Shown here in pieces: positions 1-9,594 of a stretch of 32,000 nucleotides of DNA; position 1 is the first letter of the stretch; every line of letters begins with the position of its first letter. The DNA lies in the NCBI GenBank assembly GCA_002713205.1, contig PAVW01000013.1, positions 1 to 32,000 of the forward strand, read 5' to 3'. The DNA is from Nitrososphaerota archaeon (GTDB lineage Archaea > Thermoproteota > Nitrososphaeria > Nitrososphaerales > UBA57). The translations under genes were made by a program, and so were the position numbers. The notes below the pieces were generated by a model, which was not told the origin of the DNA, ran no database searches, and saw nothing but the letters and a program-made list of their open reading frames with translations.

Positions 1-91
1 TCAGGTTTAGACTCGGTTGGTTTTTCCTCAGGTTTAGACTCGGTTGGTTTTTCCTCAGGTTTAGACTCGGTTGGTTTTTCCTCAGGTTTAG
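1..91 (-). repeat. Perfect 27-bp direct tandem repeat 'tcaggtttagactcggttggtttttcc'. Copies at 1-27, 28-54 and 55-81, plus a 10-nt partial copy at 82-91. It may continue beyond the left edge.
   Basis: Read directly: three identical 27-mers with no spacer. The period is a multiple of 3 and is in frame with the minus-strand rps6e reading frame, encoding EEKPTESKP per unit. Confidence 0.97.
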
Positions 92-455
92 GTAAAGCAC
101 CTTTTGTAAGAATAGTATTTACTTGATAAATCTCATCAGTTATTACATTTCCACGAACCAATTTTCTTTTTTTCAGACCTTTTTGTTTTATTTTTCTTAT
201 TTTACCATTAAAACCAACGCCAGCAGTTATCAAAATACGTTTTCGAACACCACCATGAACATCATGTCGCATAGGAAAGCCAACTTTATCACTTCCACCA
301 CGAATTTTTACAGTGCCGTCAATACCCAAAATTGTAGCATTAAATTCTTGACCAATTTTCATGCCTAAAAGAGATTGAGCAGGTTTATCTTTCAATTCTT
401 TTGAAACAGATTTTCCAGTATGTGGGTCAGAAATGACAATTTTAAATTCTGGCAA
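1..455 (-). CDS. rps6e: 30S ribosomal protein S6e. The 3' end is truncated by the window edge. It has a repetitive C-terminal tail.
   Basis: Not in the ORF track because it is open at the edge. Manual reverse-strand translation from TTG 455-453 gives MPEFKIVISDPHTGKSVSKELKDKPAQSLLGMKIGQEFNATILGIDGTVKIRGGSDKVGFPMRHDVHGGVRKRILITAGVGFNGKIRKIKQKGLKKRKLVRGNVITDEIYQVNTILTKGALPKP(EEKPTESKP)n. The GGSDKxGFPMR and RKxVRGN motifs are typical of S6e. GGAGG at 470-466 lies upstream. An in-frame stop at 482-480 bounds the start. Confidence 0.9.
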   Translation of the reverse strand, partial: MPEFKIVISDPHTGKSVSKELKDKPAQSLLGMKIGQEFNATILGIDGTVKIRGGSDKVGFPMRHDVHGGVRKRILITAGVGFNGKIRKIKQKGLKKRKLVRGNVITDEIYQVNTILTKGALPKPEEKPTESKPEEKPTESKPEEKPTESKP

Positions 456-504
456 AGTAACAATTCCTCCTTTTATCTTCTAATAAATCTTTTTAATATT
501 TGTA

Positions 505-2283
505 TTAAAAACCGTAAAGTGGTACAATCTTTCGTCTTATATTAAGAATTTCTTGTAATATATCAAAATCAGAATCAGAAAGTGATTTTCTATATTTTTG
601 ATTCAGTAAACGGGCTCCAATTGCAGTTGGTAAAGTATAAAGAATTTCTCCTTCAGATATTGTACGACCTATTACAGGTTCATTCATAGAAACGGCCACC
701 TGGAGGCCTGAAACTGCAGATCGTATAGTTTGGTTTTTATCTTGAAGTTGTTTTACTATCCCAACTTCTTTTCCCGTAGAATTAATAATTGTAGCATTTT
801 GTTTAAGAACACCACCAAGAATTTCAATTCCACATACGGCAGGATGACTACGACGAAAGGTCATCCCCTTTAATAATTGAAATTTACATGGAAGAATAAT
901 TGAATCAAGTTGAGTTCTAGTCATTGCTTCTTGATCAGATTTTACCCAAGATTTATAATTATCAACTAAATCGTAAAGAATAGGTTCGTAAAAAATTCTT
1001 ATTCCATTATTTTGAGATTCTTGTTGTGCATCATCTAATGTTTTTACACCAAAAGCCAAAATAACCCCTAAATATTTATCAGTTTGACTGATTGCTTTCG
1101 CTTTTATAACATCTTTTCTTGAAACCATACCAGTATCTGCTGTATTAATTGGGATATTATTTTCTTGAAGAATATCAACAATAGCTTCAAGAGTACCCAA
1201 GGTATCGGATTTAACTACAACACCAATACTATCAGTTTCAATGAAAATAGAGCTAATTTCCGATTCAATTTCAGTTTTAATAGCTTGATAAGTGGAATTT
1301 TGTAGACCGATAAGTGGAGAACCACCTAAAACCCCATCAAGATCAGGCGTAGATATTTTTACACCTGATGCTGCAATTGCTGTATCCACAGAAGAAAATT
1401 TATCCCTTGGATCTCTCATTTCATCAAGAGGTTTTGGCATAAGTAATGCCTTTATTTTAGTTAATATAGCTCCATCTTTTTTTGCAACAACTATTTCGTC
1501 ATGAGTTCTAAGAATTCCTTCGGTAAGAATAACATTAGCAGTATTACCAAGACCAATTTCTTCAGTTACTTCAAGAATTATACCACGTGTCATTCCTTCT
1601 TTAACAATTAATTTTTTTTGCAGATAATTTTGTGTAAGACCAATTAAAAAAGAAATTAATTCTGGAATTCCTTCACCGGTTTTTGCACTTACAGGTACTA
1701 TAGCTACCTCTTTTTTTGGATCTTTTAGCCTATAGTAAGCTTCTGATTGTATTCCAAGTCTTGATAATTCTCCTACAACAGTATAAATTCGACTATCGAG
1801 ATTTTCAATAGCAAAATGATCAATGTTATTGAGTGAATGTGTAAAATTATTTGTAGAATGATTCCATCCAGGAACTGTATCTAGTTTATTTAAGGCAATT
1901 ATAAACGGTACTTTACGTTTTTTTAAGATCTCAATGCTTTCTAATGTCTGGACTTCTATACCTTTCATTGAATCAACAACAAGTATTGAAATATCGGCTG
2001 CAGAACCTCCGCGATTACGAAGATTTGTAAAAACAGCATGTCCAGGTGTGTCAATAACCAAAATACCAGGTACATCTATATTAGCACCTAATTTTTTAAG
2101 AAGATCGCCGCAAATATTATAAAGAGTTTCAATGGGAAAGAAACTTGCACCAATGTGTTGGGTTATTCCTCCAGCTTCTCTAGATTGAACAGCAGTGCCT
2201 CGGATTTTGTCAAGAAGTGATGTTTTTCCTGAATCAATATGTCCTAAAACAACTACGATTGGTTGACGAAGTTTAGATGTCAT
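505..2283 (-). CDS. infB: Translation initiation factor aIF5B (IF-2 family GTPase)
   Basis: 592 aa. GTPase motifs GHIDSGKTS (G1), DTPGH (G3) and NKLD (G4). Sits in the conserved archaeal neighbourhood rpl7ae-rps28e-rpl24e-ndk-infB-rps6e. Confidence 0.95.
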   Translation of the reverse strand: MTSKLRQPIVVVLGHIDSGKTSLLDKIRGTAVQSREAGGITQHIGASFFPIETLYNICGDLLKKLGANIDVPGILVIDTPGHAVFTNLRNRGGSAADISILVVDSMKGIEVQTLESIEILKKRKVPFIIALNKLDTVPGWNHSTNNFTHSLNNIDHFAIENLDSRIYTVVGELSRLGIQSEAYYRLKDPKKEVAIVPVSAKTGEGIPELISFLIGLTQNYLQKKLIVKEGMTRGIILEVTEEIGLGNTANVILTEGILRTHDEIVVAKKDGAILTKIKALLMPKPLDEMRDPRDKFSSVDTAIAASGVKISTPDLDGVLGGSPLIGLQNSTYQAIKTEIESEISSIFIETDSIGVVVKSDTLGTLEAIVDILQENNIPINTADTGMVSRKDVIKAKAISQTDKYLGVILAFGVKTLDDAQQESQNNGIRIFYEPILYDLVDNYKSWVKSDQEAMTRTQLDSIILPCKFQLLKGMTFRRSHPAVCGIEILGGVLKQNATIINSTGKEVGIVKQLQDKNQTIRSAVSGLQVAVSMNEPVIGRTISEGEILYTLPTAIGARLLNQKYRKSLSDSDFDILQEILNIRRKIVPLYGF

Positions 2284-2346
2284 AATATCAACTATTAGAC
2301 ATTAGAGTACTTCAATATTTTATTAAGTTACGATAATTAAGGAAAT

Positions 2347-2751
2347 TTAAATAGAATCTAGGATTTGTTTTTCTCTATCAAAACTAGATGGAGAATCAGA
2401 TGCATGAATTACATTTTCCGTTAAGCTAAGTCCAAAATCACCTCGAATTGTACCTGATAATGCTTTAAAAGAATTAGTAGAACCAATCATTGAACGAACG
2501 ACTTCAATGGCTGATTCGCCTTCAGCGATTAGTTTAATGACAGATCCTGAAGTCATATATTCAAGTAATTCATTAAAAAATGGTTTTTCTTTATGCGGAG
2601 AATAGAAACTAGTAGCTGTTTCACGAGTAAGTCTAATCATCATCACATCAATTATGGATAATTGACGTTTTTCAAATCTAGAAATTATTTCACCAATTAA
2701 ACCACGTCTTACGCCATCAGGTTTAATAAGAATTAATGTTTGTTGATTCAA
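2347..2751 (-). CDS. ndk: Nucleoside diphosphate kinase
   Basis: Motifs LILIKPDGVRRGLIGEIISRFEKR and NVIHASDS (catalytic His). The track ORF starts at ATG 2778 and overlaps rpl24e by 25 nt. TTG 2751-2749 lies 2 nt after the rpl24e stop (TAG 2756-2754) and gives a typical N-terminus, MNQQTLILIKPDG. The start is uncertain between 2751 and 2778. Confidence 0.9.
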   Translation of the reverse strand: MNQQTLILIKPDGVRRGLIGEIISRFEKRQLSIIDVMMIRLTRETATSFYSPHKEKPFFNELLEYMTSGSVIKLIAEGESAIEVVRSMIGSTNSFKALSGTIRGDFGLSLTENVIHASDSPSSFDREKQILDSI

Positions 2752-2753
2752 TT

Positions 2754-2942
2754 CTATATCTTGCCTTTCACAGTCCATTTGTATTTGCGATAATCACGTT
2801 TCAATTCAGTCAAATTCTTCCTGCACTTGGAAGAGCAGAACCACTGAATAGATCCATCATTCTTGGCTAGCATAGTACCCGAACCAGCTTGAATATTTTT
2901 ACCGCAAAAGGTACATTGTTTAAGTGAAAGCAATAAAATCAC
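2754..2942 (-). CDS. rpl24e: 50S ribosomal protein L24e
   Basis: CTFCGKNIQAGSGTMLAKNDGSIQWFCSSKCRKN zinc-ribbon pattern typical of L24e. The GTG start shares 1 nt with the rps28e stop. Confidence 0.92.
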   Translation of the reverse strand: MILLLSLKQCTFCGKNIQAGSGTMLAKNDGSIQWFCSSKCRKNLTELKRDYRKYKWTVKGKI

Positions 2943-3160
2943 TATTTAATTTTTCGAGCTTCTCTTTCTGTTTCACGCAAGATCACAATATCATCAAGTC
3001 TGATTGGACCTTTAATATTTCGCGTAATAATTCTTCCTTTATCTTTACCTTCAAGAATCTTTACTCGAACCTGAGTAATTTCACCAGCTACTCCAGTACG
3101 GCCTACTAATTGGATAACTTCACATGGTGTTTTTTGATCTTCGTTTTCCTTTGAACTCAT
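2942..3160 (-). CDS. rps28e: 30S ribosomal protein S28e
   Basis: 72 aa. [24 protein letters not shown]...[28 protein letters not shown] matches the S28e pattern. Confidence 0.93.
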   Translation of the reverse strand: MSSKENEDQKTPCEVIQLVGRTGVAGEITQVRVKILEGKDKGRIITRNIKGPIRLDDIVILRETEREARKIK

Positions 3161-3170
3161 AAACGATTAT

Positions 3171-3551
3171 CTAATCCTTCAATTTGCTAACTTTTTCAAT
3201 AATTTTTTCAAGCATACCTTGGTCTTCACCAGCATCTACAATACATGCTACTGAAGCTCCAATATCTATCCCAATAGCATTACCAATTTGTTGTTTAGTT
3301 GGAACAAAAACATAAGGTATTTTCATTTCATCGCATAAAATAGGTAAATGTGCAACAACTTCAGGAGGGTCAACATCTTCAGAAATAACAACTAATTTTG
3401 CAGTTCCTCGTTCTACGGCTTTTGTAGATTCATTAGTACCTTTACGAATTTTACCAGTTTGTTTGGCTTGTCGAAGTGCTTCATAACTAGCATCTACCAA
3501 TTCTTGTGGCACATCAATTTTTACATAAAATGGTTTAGACAACTTAATCAC
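3171..3551 (-). CDS. rpl7ae: 50S ribosomal protein L7Ae (K-turn binding)
   Basis: 126 aa. Motif KIRKGTNESTKAVERGTAKLVVISEDVDPPEVVAHLPILCDE. GTG start. Confidence 0.94.
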   Translation of the reverse strand: MIKLSKPFYVKIDVPQELVDASYEALRQAKQTGKIRKGTNESTKAVERGTAKLVVISEDVDPPEVVAHLPILCDEMKIPYVFVPTKQQIGNAIGIDIGASVACIVDAGEDQGMLEKIIEKVSKLKD

Positions 3552-3680
3552 CGTAAGCTACTCTTTTTTATAATTAAATAAACAGGGTTCATCTCATTCA
3601 ATATTATCGCCCAACTATAAATTTTTACAATTGTATTAAAAACTTTATTGATGATTAATTAAACAAACATAAATAATAAA

Positions 3681-3734
3681 ATAAATATGTACAGAAATAC
3701 ATAAATACATACATTAATGTATAAAAATGTACAT
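3681..3734 (+). promoter_or_regulatory. Putative trp operon promoter/operator. Elements: A/T-rich TATA-like ATAAATAT (3681-3688), TGTACA boxes at 3688-3693 and 3728-3733, tandem AAATACAT at 3695-3702 and 3703-3710, and a perfect 12-bp palindrome TACATTAATGTA at 3710-3721 overlapping the trpE ATG (3717).
   Basis: All elements were read directly from the sequence. The TATA-like element is about 30 nt upstream of the ATG, consistent with a leaderless or short-leader archaeal transcript. The functional assignment is inference. Confidence 0.4.
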
Positions 3735-5162
3735 AGTGATGAAATTTGGGTGAACGTTTTTGGCAGTACTCGGCAAAATCAACAAAACTCAGAATCTGAG
3801 GTTTTTTTCAAACAAATCGATATAGGTAAAAATCCTTTTGAAGTATTTGCAAAACTTTCAGAAAATTTTACAAATTTGTATATTTTAGAATCAGCAATAG
3901 GACCAGAAAAATTAGCTGAATATTCTTTTATTGGTTTTGATCCTCGATTAAAAATTAAATTAATAAATAATCAAATCCAAATTAACCAAAAGAAAAATAT
4001 AAGTAAATTTGAAATATCAGATAATAAATTTATTTTCCATGAATTAAAAAATATATTAATCGAAAATTCAACAACAAATAATTTTAATAGGTTAGTTGGT
4101 GGTTTAGTTGGTTTCATTTCTTATGACATAATAAGATATTGGGAAAATATAGCAGAAAAATATACATCGATGAAATTTCCAGATTTTGAATTTGGCTTAT
4201 ATGACGAAGGAATAATATTTGATCATAGAAATCATAAAACATATTATTATTATACAGAAAAAAATAGGATAAGTGATATAAAAAAAATTTTAAAGAATGA
4301 TCATAATAATGATTTGGTTAGCTTTACAAATCCTGAATCGAACATATCAAAAGAAGCATTTGAAAATAATGTAGATATAACAAAAGAATATGTAAAAAAC
4401 GGAGATATATTCCAAGCAGTTCTTTCGAAAAAATATGAATTTAAAATTTATGGAAATCTTATCAATGTGTATAAGGAACTAAGGAAATTAAATCCATCAC
4501 CGTATATGTACTATTATAAATCAGATGATTTGAATATTATAGGAGCTAGTCCAGAAATGTTAGTAAGAATAACTGGACAAAGAATTGAAACGTTTCCCAT
4601 AGCAGGAACAAGGCCAAGATTAAATAACCAAATTAAAAATTCACAATTAACGAAGGAATTATTAGCTGATGAAAAAGAAAATGCAGAACATGTAATGTTA
4701 GTAGATTTAGCTAGAAATGATGTGGGGCAAATAGCTCAATATGGAACTGTAAAAGTACCAGATTTTAGACAAGTTCATCAATTTAGTCATGTGCAACATA
4801 TTGTGTCAAAAGTAATTGGTGAAATAAGACCAAATTTAGATGCTTTTGATGCAATTAAAGCAATTTTCCCTGCAGGTACAGTTTCTGGAGCACCTAAAGT
4901 GCGTGCAATGGAAATAATACAGGAATTAGAAGGTGATTCAAGAGGCCCTTATGCAGGAGCCTTGGGATATTTTTCAAAGAATATGAGTGCCGATTTTGCT
5001 ATTGCAATTAGAACATTAGTGGTTAAAGGAAATGATGCATATATCCAAGCAGGTGCAGGAATAGTAGCAGATTCTATTCCTGAAAGAGAATGGAATGAAA
5101 CTGAACAAAAAGCAAGTGCTTTAATTTCTGCGTTAAATGTAGCTGGAGGGATAAAAAAGTGA
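3717..5162 (+). CDS. trpE: Anthranilate synthase component I
   Basis: 481 aa. Motifs NPFEVFAKL...LYILES, GTVSGAPKVRAMEII and RGPYAGALGY. The N-terminus is about 25-30 aa longer than in short archaeal TrpE proteins. An alternative in-frame GTG lies at 3750. Confidence 0.93.
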   Translation: MYKNVHSDEIWVNVFGSTRQNQQNSESEVFFKQIDIGKNPFEVFAKLSENFTNLYILESAIGPEKLAEYSFIGFDPRLKIKLINNQIQINQKKNISKFEISDNKFIFHELKNILIENSTTNNFNRLVGGLVGFISYDIIRYWENIAEKYTSMKFPDFEFGLYDEGIIFDHRNHKTYYYYTEKNRISDIKKILKNDHNNDLVSFTNPESNISKEAFENNVDITKEYVKNGDIFQAVLSKKYEFKIYGNLINVYKELRKLNPSPYMYYYKSDDLNIIGASPEMLVRITGQRIETFPIAGTRPRLNNQIKNSQLTKELLADEKENAEHVMLVDLARNDVGQIAQYGTVKVPDFRQVHQFSHVQHIVSKVIGEIRPNLDAFDAIKAIFPAGTVSGAPKVRAMEIIQELEGDSRGPYAGALGYFSKNMSADFAIAIRTLVVKGNDAYIQAGAGIVADSIPEREWNETEQKASALISALNVAGGIKK

Positions 5163-5740
5163 AATTACTGGTAATAGATAATTATGATTCGTTTGTATAT
5201 AATCTAGTACAGTATTTAGGAGAACTTGGAACAGATCTTATTGTTTATAGAAATAATAAAATCACTTTGGAAAAATTCAGAACTATAGATCCTGATAGAG
5301 TTCTGATATCCCCTGGTCCAGGAAATCCATGTGATGAAAAATACTTTGGTTTATGTTCTAAGATAATAAGATCTTCAGGAGAAAACAATATTCCTGTATT
5401 AGGTGTTTGTTTAGGTCACCAAGGAATTGGATATACATTTGGTGGTAAAATAAGAAAAGCTAAAACATTGAAGCATGGAAAAACGAGCTGGATTAAACAT
5501 GATGGTGAAGGAATATTTAGAAACATTGAGAATCCATTTCTTGCAACTAGATATCATTCACTAGCAGTAGATGACAAAACATTGCCTGATGAGTTTATAA
5601 TATCTGCAAGATCATTAGATGATAATGAAATAATGGGTTTACGGCATAAAAAATACCAGATACAAGGAATTCAATGTCATCCAGAATCAATTCTTACAAA
5701 ACATGGGAAAAAAATATTACAGAATTTTGTAGATGAATAA
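5159..5740 (+). CDS. trpG: Anthranilate synthase component II (glutamine amidotransferase)
   Basis: 193 aa. GVCLGHQ catalytic Cys and a HPES triad element. The GTG start overlaps the trpE stop (GTGA). Confidence 0.94.
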   Translation: MKLLVIDNYDSFVYNLVQYLGELGTDLIVYRNNKITLEKFRTIDPDRVLISPGPGNPCDEKYFGLCSKIIRSSGENNIPVLGVCLGHQGIGYTFGGKIRKAKTLKHGKTSWIKHDGEGIFRNIENPFLATRYHSLAVDDKTLPDEFIISARSLDDNEIMGLRHKKYQIQGIQCHPESILTKHGKKILQNFVDE

Positions 5741-5743
5741 GTC

Positions 5744-6805
5744 ATGATAGTAGATGCAATAAAAAACAACATAAAAGGAATTGAATTATCGAGTGAAGAT
5801 GCAGCATCTGCAATGAAAGAAATTATGTCAGGCACTGCTACACCTTCACAAATTTCTGCGTTTTTAATTTCTTTGAGTATGAAAGGAGAATCAGTAAAAG
5901 AAATAACGGCATTAGCTCAAATAATGAAAGAATTTGCTAATAAAATCAATCCTGTATGTCAAGATAGATTAGTAGACATAGTAGGAACTGGAGGAGATAA
6001 AATAAAAACAATTAATTTGAGTACGATTTCAGCATTTGTTGTTGCAACAGCAGGTGTAAAGGTCGCTAAACATGGAAATAGAGCAGCAACTGGAAAATGT
6101 GGAAGTGCAGATGTATTAAACAGATTAGGATATAAATTAGATACAAAACCAGATTTAGTTAAAAAATGTATCGAGGAAATTGGAATAGGTTTTATGTTTG
6201 CACCAATCTTTCACCCAGCAATGAAAAATGTGATCACTACAAGAAAAGAAATTGGAGTAAAAACAATTTTCAATATTTTAGGTCCATTAACAAATCCAGC
6301 TAGTGCAGATTCGATGGTTGTAGGTGTAGCTGATTCTAAATTAATTCAATCTTATGCGGAAATTTTACCAAATCTTGGATGTAAACGTGCTGTAATAGTC
6401 CATGGAATAGAGGGATTAGATGAAATAGCGACTTTTGGAAAAACCAAAATGAAATTTATTGGAGATATAGAAAATGATGGAAAAGAAATCATTATAGAAG
6501 CAAAGGACTTTAATTTAAGAGAAATTACACCTGAAGAAATAGCAGGAACAGGAATAGATTACAATGCAAAGATAATGTTTCAAATTTTATCAAATCAATT
6601 GCCAATAAATAATCCAAATGTTGAAGCAGTTATTGCAAATTCAGCAATAGGATTTTTGGTAGCAGCAAAAGCTACATCAGTTAGTGAAGGAGTAGAGAAA
6701 GCGAAAGAAGTCATAGCATCAGGAAAATGTATTGAGAAATTAAAGGAATTTGTAAAATTTGTAGATGGAGATATTGCAAAAATTGAAGAATTTGAATCTA
6801 GTTAA
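5744..6805 (+). CDS. trpD: Anthranilate phosphoribosyltransferase
   Basis: 353 aa. Motifs DIVGTGGD, KHGNRA and FNILGPLTNPA. Confidence 0.94.
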   Translation: MIVDAIKNNIKGIELSSEDAASAMKEIMSGTATPSQISAFLISLSMKGESVKEITALAQIMKEFANKINPVCQDRLVDIVGTGGDKIKTINLSTISAFVVATAGVKVAKHGNRAATGKCGSADVLNRLGYKLDTKPDLVKKCIEEIGIGFMFAPIFHPAMKNVITTRKEIGVKTIFNILGPLTNPASADSMVVGVADSKLIQSYAEILPNLGCKRAVIVHGIEGLDEIATFGKTKMKFIGDIENDGKEIIIEAKDFNLREITPEEIAGTGIDYNAKIMFQILSNQLPINNPNVEAVIANSAIGFLVAAKATSVSEGVEKAKEVIASGKCIEKLKEFVKFVDGDIAKIEEFESS

Positions 6806-7592
6806 CAAGGATTTTTTGACAATAGCATCGAATCAAATTAGAGGCATTATAGAAAAAGGATATTATGACATATCAGATAAATTTCTTAGATTTAATAATA
6901 TAAAAAATCTTAAAGACATATTAGAAAATAGTAGAGAGTTTTATCCAATAATAACGGAAATCAAATTTGCTTCACCGTCACTAGGTAAAATAAATGAAGA
7001 GTCGGAAAAACAAAGAGAGATATTAAAAATGATGGAAAATGGAGGAGCGTCAGCAATATCAGTTCTTACGCAGCCACTATTCTTTGAAGGTTCGTTAAAA
7101 AATCTAGAGATAGTAAGAAAAAATACAACATTACCAGTATTAATGAAAGATATCATAATTGATAAAAAACAAATTGATGCAGGTTTTAAACTAGGGGCAA
7201 ATGTAATATTATTAATAGAAACATTATATCAAAAACAAAGTGAAAAACTGGATGAATTAATAGAATATGCTAATAACAAAGGTCTAGAAGTACTGTTAGA
7301 AGTAAATACTATACAAGAACTAAAATGTGCAATAAAAAGGAATGTGTCAATAGTGGGAATAAATAACAGAAATCTAAATACATTAAAACTAGATATGGAA
7401 ACCACAAAAAATATTTTGTCGGAAAAATTAGATATTAATAAACCAATAATAAGTGAAAGTGGTATTTTTAAGAGTAATGATCTACAAAAGTTAGGGCAAA
7501 GTGGCATAGATGGATTTTTAATAGGAACTTCGATAATGCAATCAGAAAATATTAAAGACAAAGTACATGAATTAAGTACGGTGAAAAAATAG
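6765..7592 (+). CDS. trpC: Indole-3-glycerol phosphate synthase (IGPS only, no PRAI domain)
   Basis: 275 aa. Motif [13 protein letters not shown] and TIM-barrel IGPS pattern ([14 protein letters not shown]). ATG 6765 overlaps trpD by 41 nt, so a later TTG start after the trpD stop is possible. Confidence 0.88.
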   Translation: MEILQKLKNLNLVNKDFLTIASNQIRGIIEKGYYDISDKFLRFNNIKNLKDILENSREFYPIITEIKFASPSLGKINEESEKQREILKMMENGGASAISVLTQPLFFEGSLKNLEIVRKNTTLPVLMKDIIIDKKQIDAGFKLGANVILLIETLYQKQSEKLDELIEYANNKGLEVLLEVNTIQELKCAIKRNVSIVGINNRNLNTLKLDMETTKNILSEKLDINKPIISESGIFKSNDLQKLGQSGIDGFLIGTSIMQSENIKDKVHELSTVKK

Positions 7593-7594
7593 AC

Positions 7595-8785
7595 TTGAAA
7601 TCTCAGCCAATTGATGGGAAATATGGAATATTTGGTGGAAAATATGTTCCTGAAACTTTAATGAATGTAGTTAATTCATTAGAAAAAAAATATGAAGAAA
7701 TTAAAGATGATGAAGAATTTAAAAACAATTTATCAAAATTATTAAAAAATTATGCAGGTAGACCTACACCAATATATTTCGCAGAGAATTTGTCAAACAA
7801 ATGCAATGGAGCGAAAATTTATTTCAAGAGAGAGGATTTACTTCATGGAGGAGCTCATAAAATTAACAACAGTATTGGACAAGCATTATTAGCTAAATCA
7901 ATGGGAAAAAATCGGATAATTGCTGAAACTGGAGCAGGGCAACATGGAGTGGCTACTGCTATGGCATGTGCATTATTAGATTTAGAGTGTGAAATCTATA
8001 TGGGTAGTAATGATGTAGAACGACAAAGTCCAAATGTATTTAGAATGAAATTACTAGGGGCAAAAGTACATAGTGTAAAAAGTGGATCTAAAACATTAAA
8101 AGATGCAATTAATGAAGCAATTAGAGATTGGGTTACCAACGTGGAAACGACTTATTATCTTATTGGTTCAGTTGTAGGACCACATCCATATCCATTGATT
8201 GTTAGAGATTTCCAAAGTATAATAGGAAAGGAAATAAAAAATCAATTTCCAAGAATATCATCGGGAAAACTACCAGATATGCTAATTGCATGTGTAGGAG
8301 GAGGGAGTAATGCAATTGGAACATTTTATCCGTTTCTTGAAGATAAGATCAAATTAATCGGTGTAGAAGCTGGAGGATTAGGAATTGAAAAAGGAAAACA
8401 TTCAGCAACATTAACAGCAGGAAGTGAAGGAGTATTACATGGAGCACGTAGTTACGTACTTCAAGATGAAAATGGTCAGATTAAAGAGACCCATAGTATC
8501 TCGGCAGGTCTAGATTATCCTGGAGTAGGTCCAGAACATTCTTTTTTAAAATCTCAAAATAGAGTAGAATATGTCAATATAAATGACAATGAAGCAATAG
8601 ATGCATTTATCGAAATGTCAAGACAAGAAGGAATTATTCCAGCATTAGAAACATCGCATGCAATTGCAGAGGCAATGAAAAGAGCAGAAAACATGACTAA
8701 AGATCAGTCAATAATCGTCACATTATCAGGAAGAGGGGATAAAGATACACCAATAATTGCAAAATATTTAGGGGATAAAATATGA
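7595..8785 (+). CDS. trpB: Tryptophan synthase beta chain
   Basis: 396 aa. Motifs [24 protein letters not shown] (PLP lysine) and [11 protein letters not shown] start. Confidence 0.95.
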   Translation: MKSQPIDGKYGIFGGKYVPETLMNVVNSLEKKYEEIKDDEEFKNNLSKLLKNYAGRPTPIYFAENLSNKCNGAKIYFKREDLLHGGAHKINNSIGQALLAKSMGKNRIIAETGAGQHGVATAMACALLDLECEIYMGSNDVERQSPNVFRMKLLGAKVHSVKSGSKTLKDAINEAIRDWVTNVETTYYLIGSVVGPHPYPLIVRDFQSIIGKEIKNQFPRISSGKLPDMLIACVGGGSNAIGTFYPFLEDKIKLIGVEAGGLGIEKGKHSATLTAGSEGVLHGARSYVLQDENGQIKETHSISAGLDYPGVGPEHSFLKSQNRVEYVNINDNEAIDAFIEMSRQEGIIPALETSHAIAEAMKRAENMTKDQSIIVTLSGRGDKDTPIIAKYLGDKI

Positions 8786-9594
8786 TGAATTTATCACAGA
8801 AATTTAAAGAGGGGAATGAACAAAACAGATCGTTATTAATTGGTTTTATTACTGCAGGAGATCCATCATTAGAAATTACACCAAAACTTGCAAATGCAAT
8901 GGTAAAAGGAGGAGTAGATGTTATTGAACTTGGAATTCCATTTTCTGATCCAATTGCAGACGGTCCTACAATACAATCTTCCAGTACGAGATCATTATTG
9001 AAAGGCACTACACCAAAGAATATTTTAGAAATGAGCAAGAACATAGTCAATGATTTAAAAGTACCTGTAGTTTTACTGACGTATTATAATACTATAATGA
9101 GTATGGGAGTTGAAAATTTTTTGAATTTAGCACAAAAATCAAATATTGCAGGAATCGTTTCACCTGATTTACCGCCTGAAGAAGGGGAAAATTATAGAAA
9201 TTTAGCAAGGGAAAAATCAATAGATACAATATTTTTGGCTAGTCCTGCTACGAATAATGAGAGATTGGATAGAATAATCAATTCTACTAGTGGTTTTTTG
9301 TATATGGTAAGTCTATTCGGCGTAACAGGAGCACGAGATATATTCAATGAGTATTCATTTAATGCAGCGAAGCGAATTGTTCAAAGAGTAAATAAAAGGG
9401 TACCTGTGGCAATTGGATTTGGAATTTCAAAAGCTGAACATGTAAGTCATTTTACAAAAATAGGTTTTGATGGCATAATAGTAGGAAGTGCATTTATAAA
9501 AATCATTGAAAAGAATCTCAATGATACTAAAACAATGCTTGAGAAAGTGAATAATCTATCAAGAGAATTATTTAATGCAACTACTATTAACTAA
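8782..9594 (+). CDS. trpA: Tryptophan synthase alpha chain
   Basis: 270 aa. Motifs [17 protein letters not shown] and GFGIS. The start shares ATGA with the trpB stop. Confidence 0.94.
   Translation: MMNLSQKFKEGNEQNRSLLIGFITAGDPSLEITPKLANAMVKGGVDVIELGIPFSDPIADGPTIQSSSTRSLLKGTTPKNILEMSKNIVNDLKVPVVLLTYYNTIMSMGVENFLNLAQKSNIAGIVSPDLPPEEGENYRNLAREKSIDTIFLASPATNNERLDRIINSTSGFLYMVSLFGVTGARDIFNEYSFNAAKRIVQRVNKRVPVAIGFGISKAEHVSHFTKIGFDGIIVGSAFIKIIEKNLNDTKTMLEKVNNLSRELFNATTIN

Noticed and set aside
1-91. The 27-bp repeats considered as a possible CRISPR array
   Set aside because: The repeats are directly adjacent with no spacers. They are in frame with rps6e and encode a sensible peptide repeat. No cas genes are present.
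123-368. 81-aa plus-strand ORF from the track
   Set aside because: It lies entirely antisense to the well-supported rps6e frame. The sequence is low-complexity and has no recognisable motif, so it is a spurious shadow ORF.
1292-2122. Plus-strand ORFs 1292-1504 and 1934-2122 inside infB
   Set aside because: They are antisense to infB, with no motifs.
3736-3808. C/D-box sRNA-like arrangement: GUGAUGA (3736-3742) … CUGA (3796-3799), followed by a T7 run (3802-3808), suggesting an sRNA or attenuator at the 5' end of trpE
   Set aside because: The box spacing (53 nt) is too long. There are no credible D'/C' boxes at the expected positions and no terminal stem. The region is in frame inside the trpE ORF (…SDEIW…EVFF…). 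TGATGA and T-runs are common in AT-rich coding sequence. No alternative ATG/GTG/TTG start exists downstream of the T-run.
7229-7561. 110-aa minus-strand ORF inside trpC, together with 6941-7156 and 8718-9050 inside trpC/trpA
   Set aside because: They are antisense to well-supported trp genes and have a hydrophobic low-complexity composition driven by the AT-rich complement.
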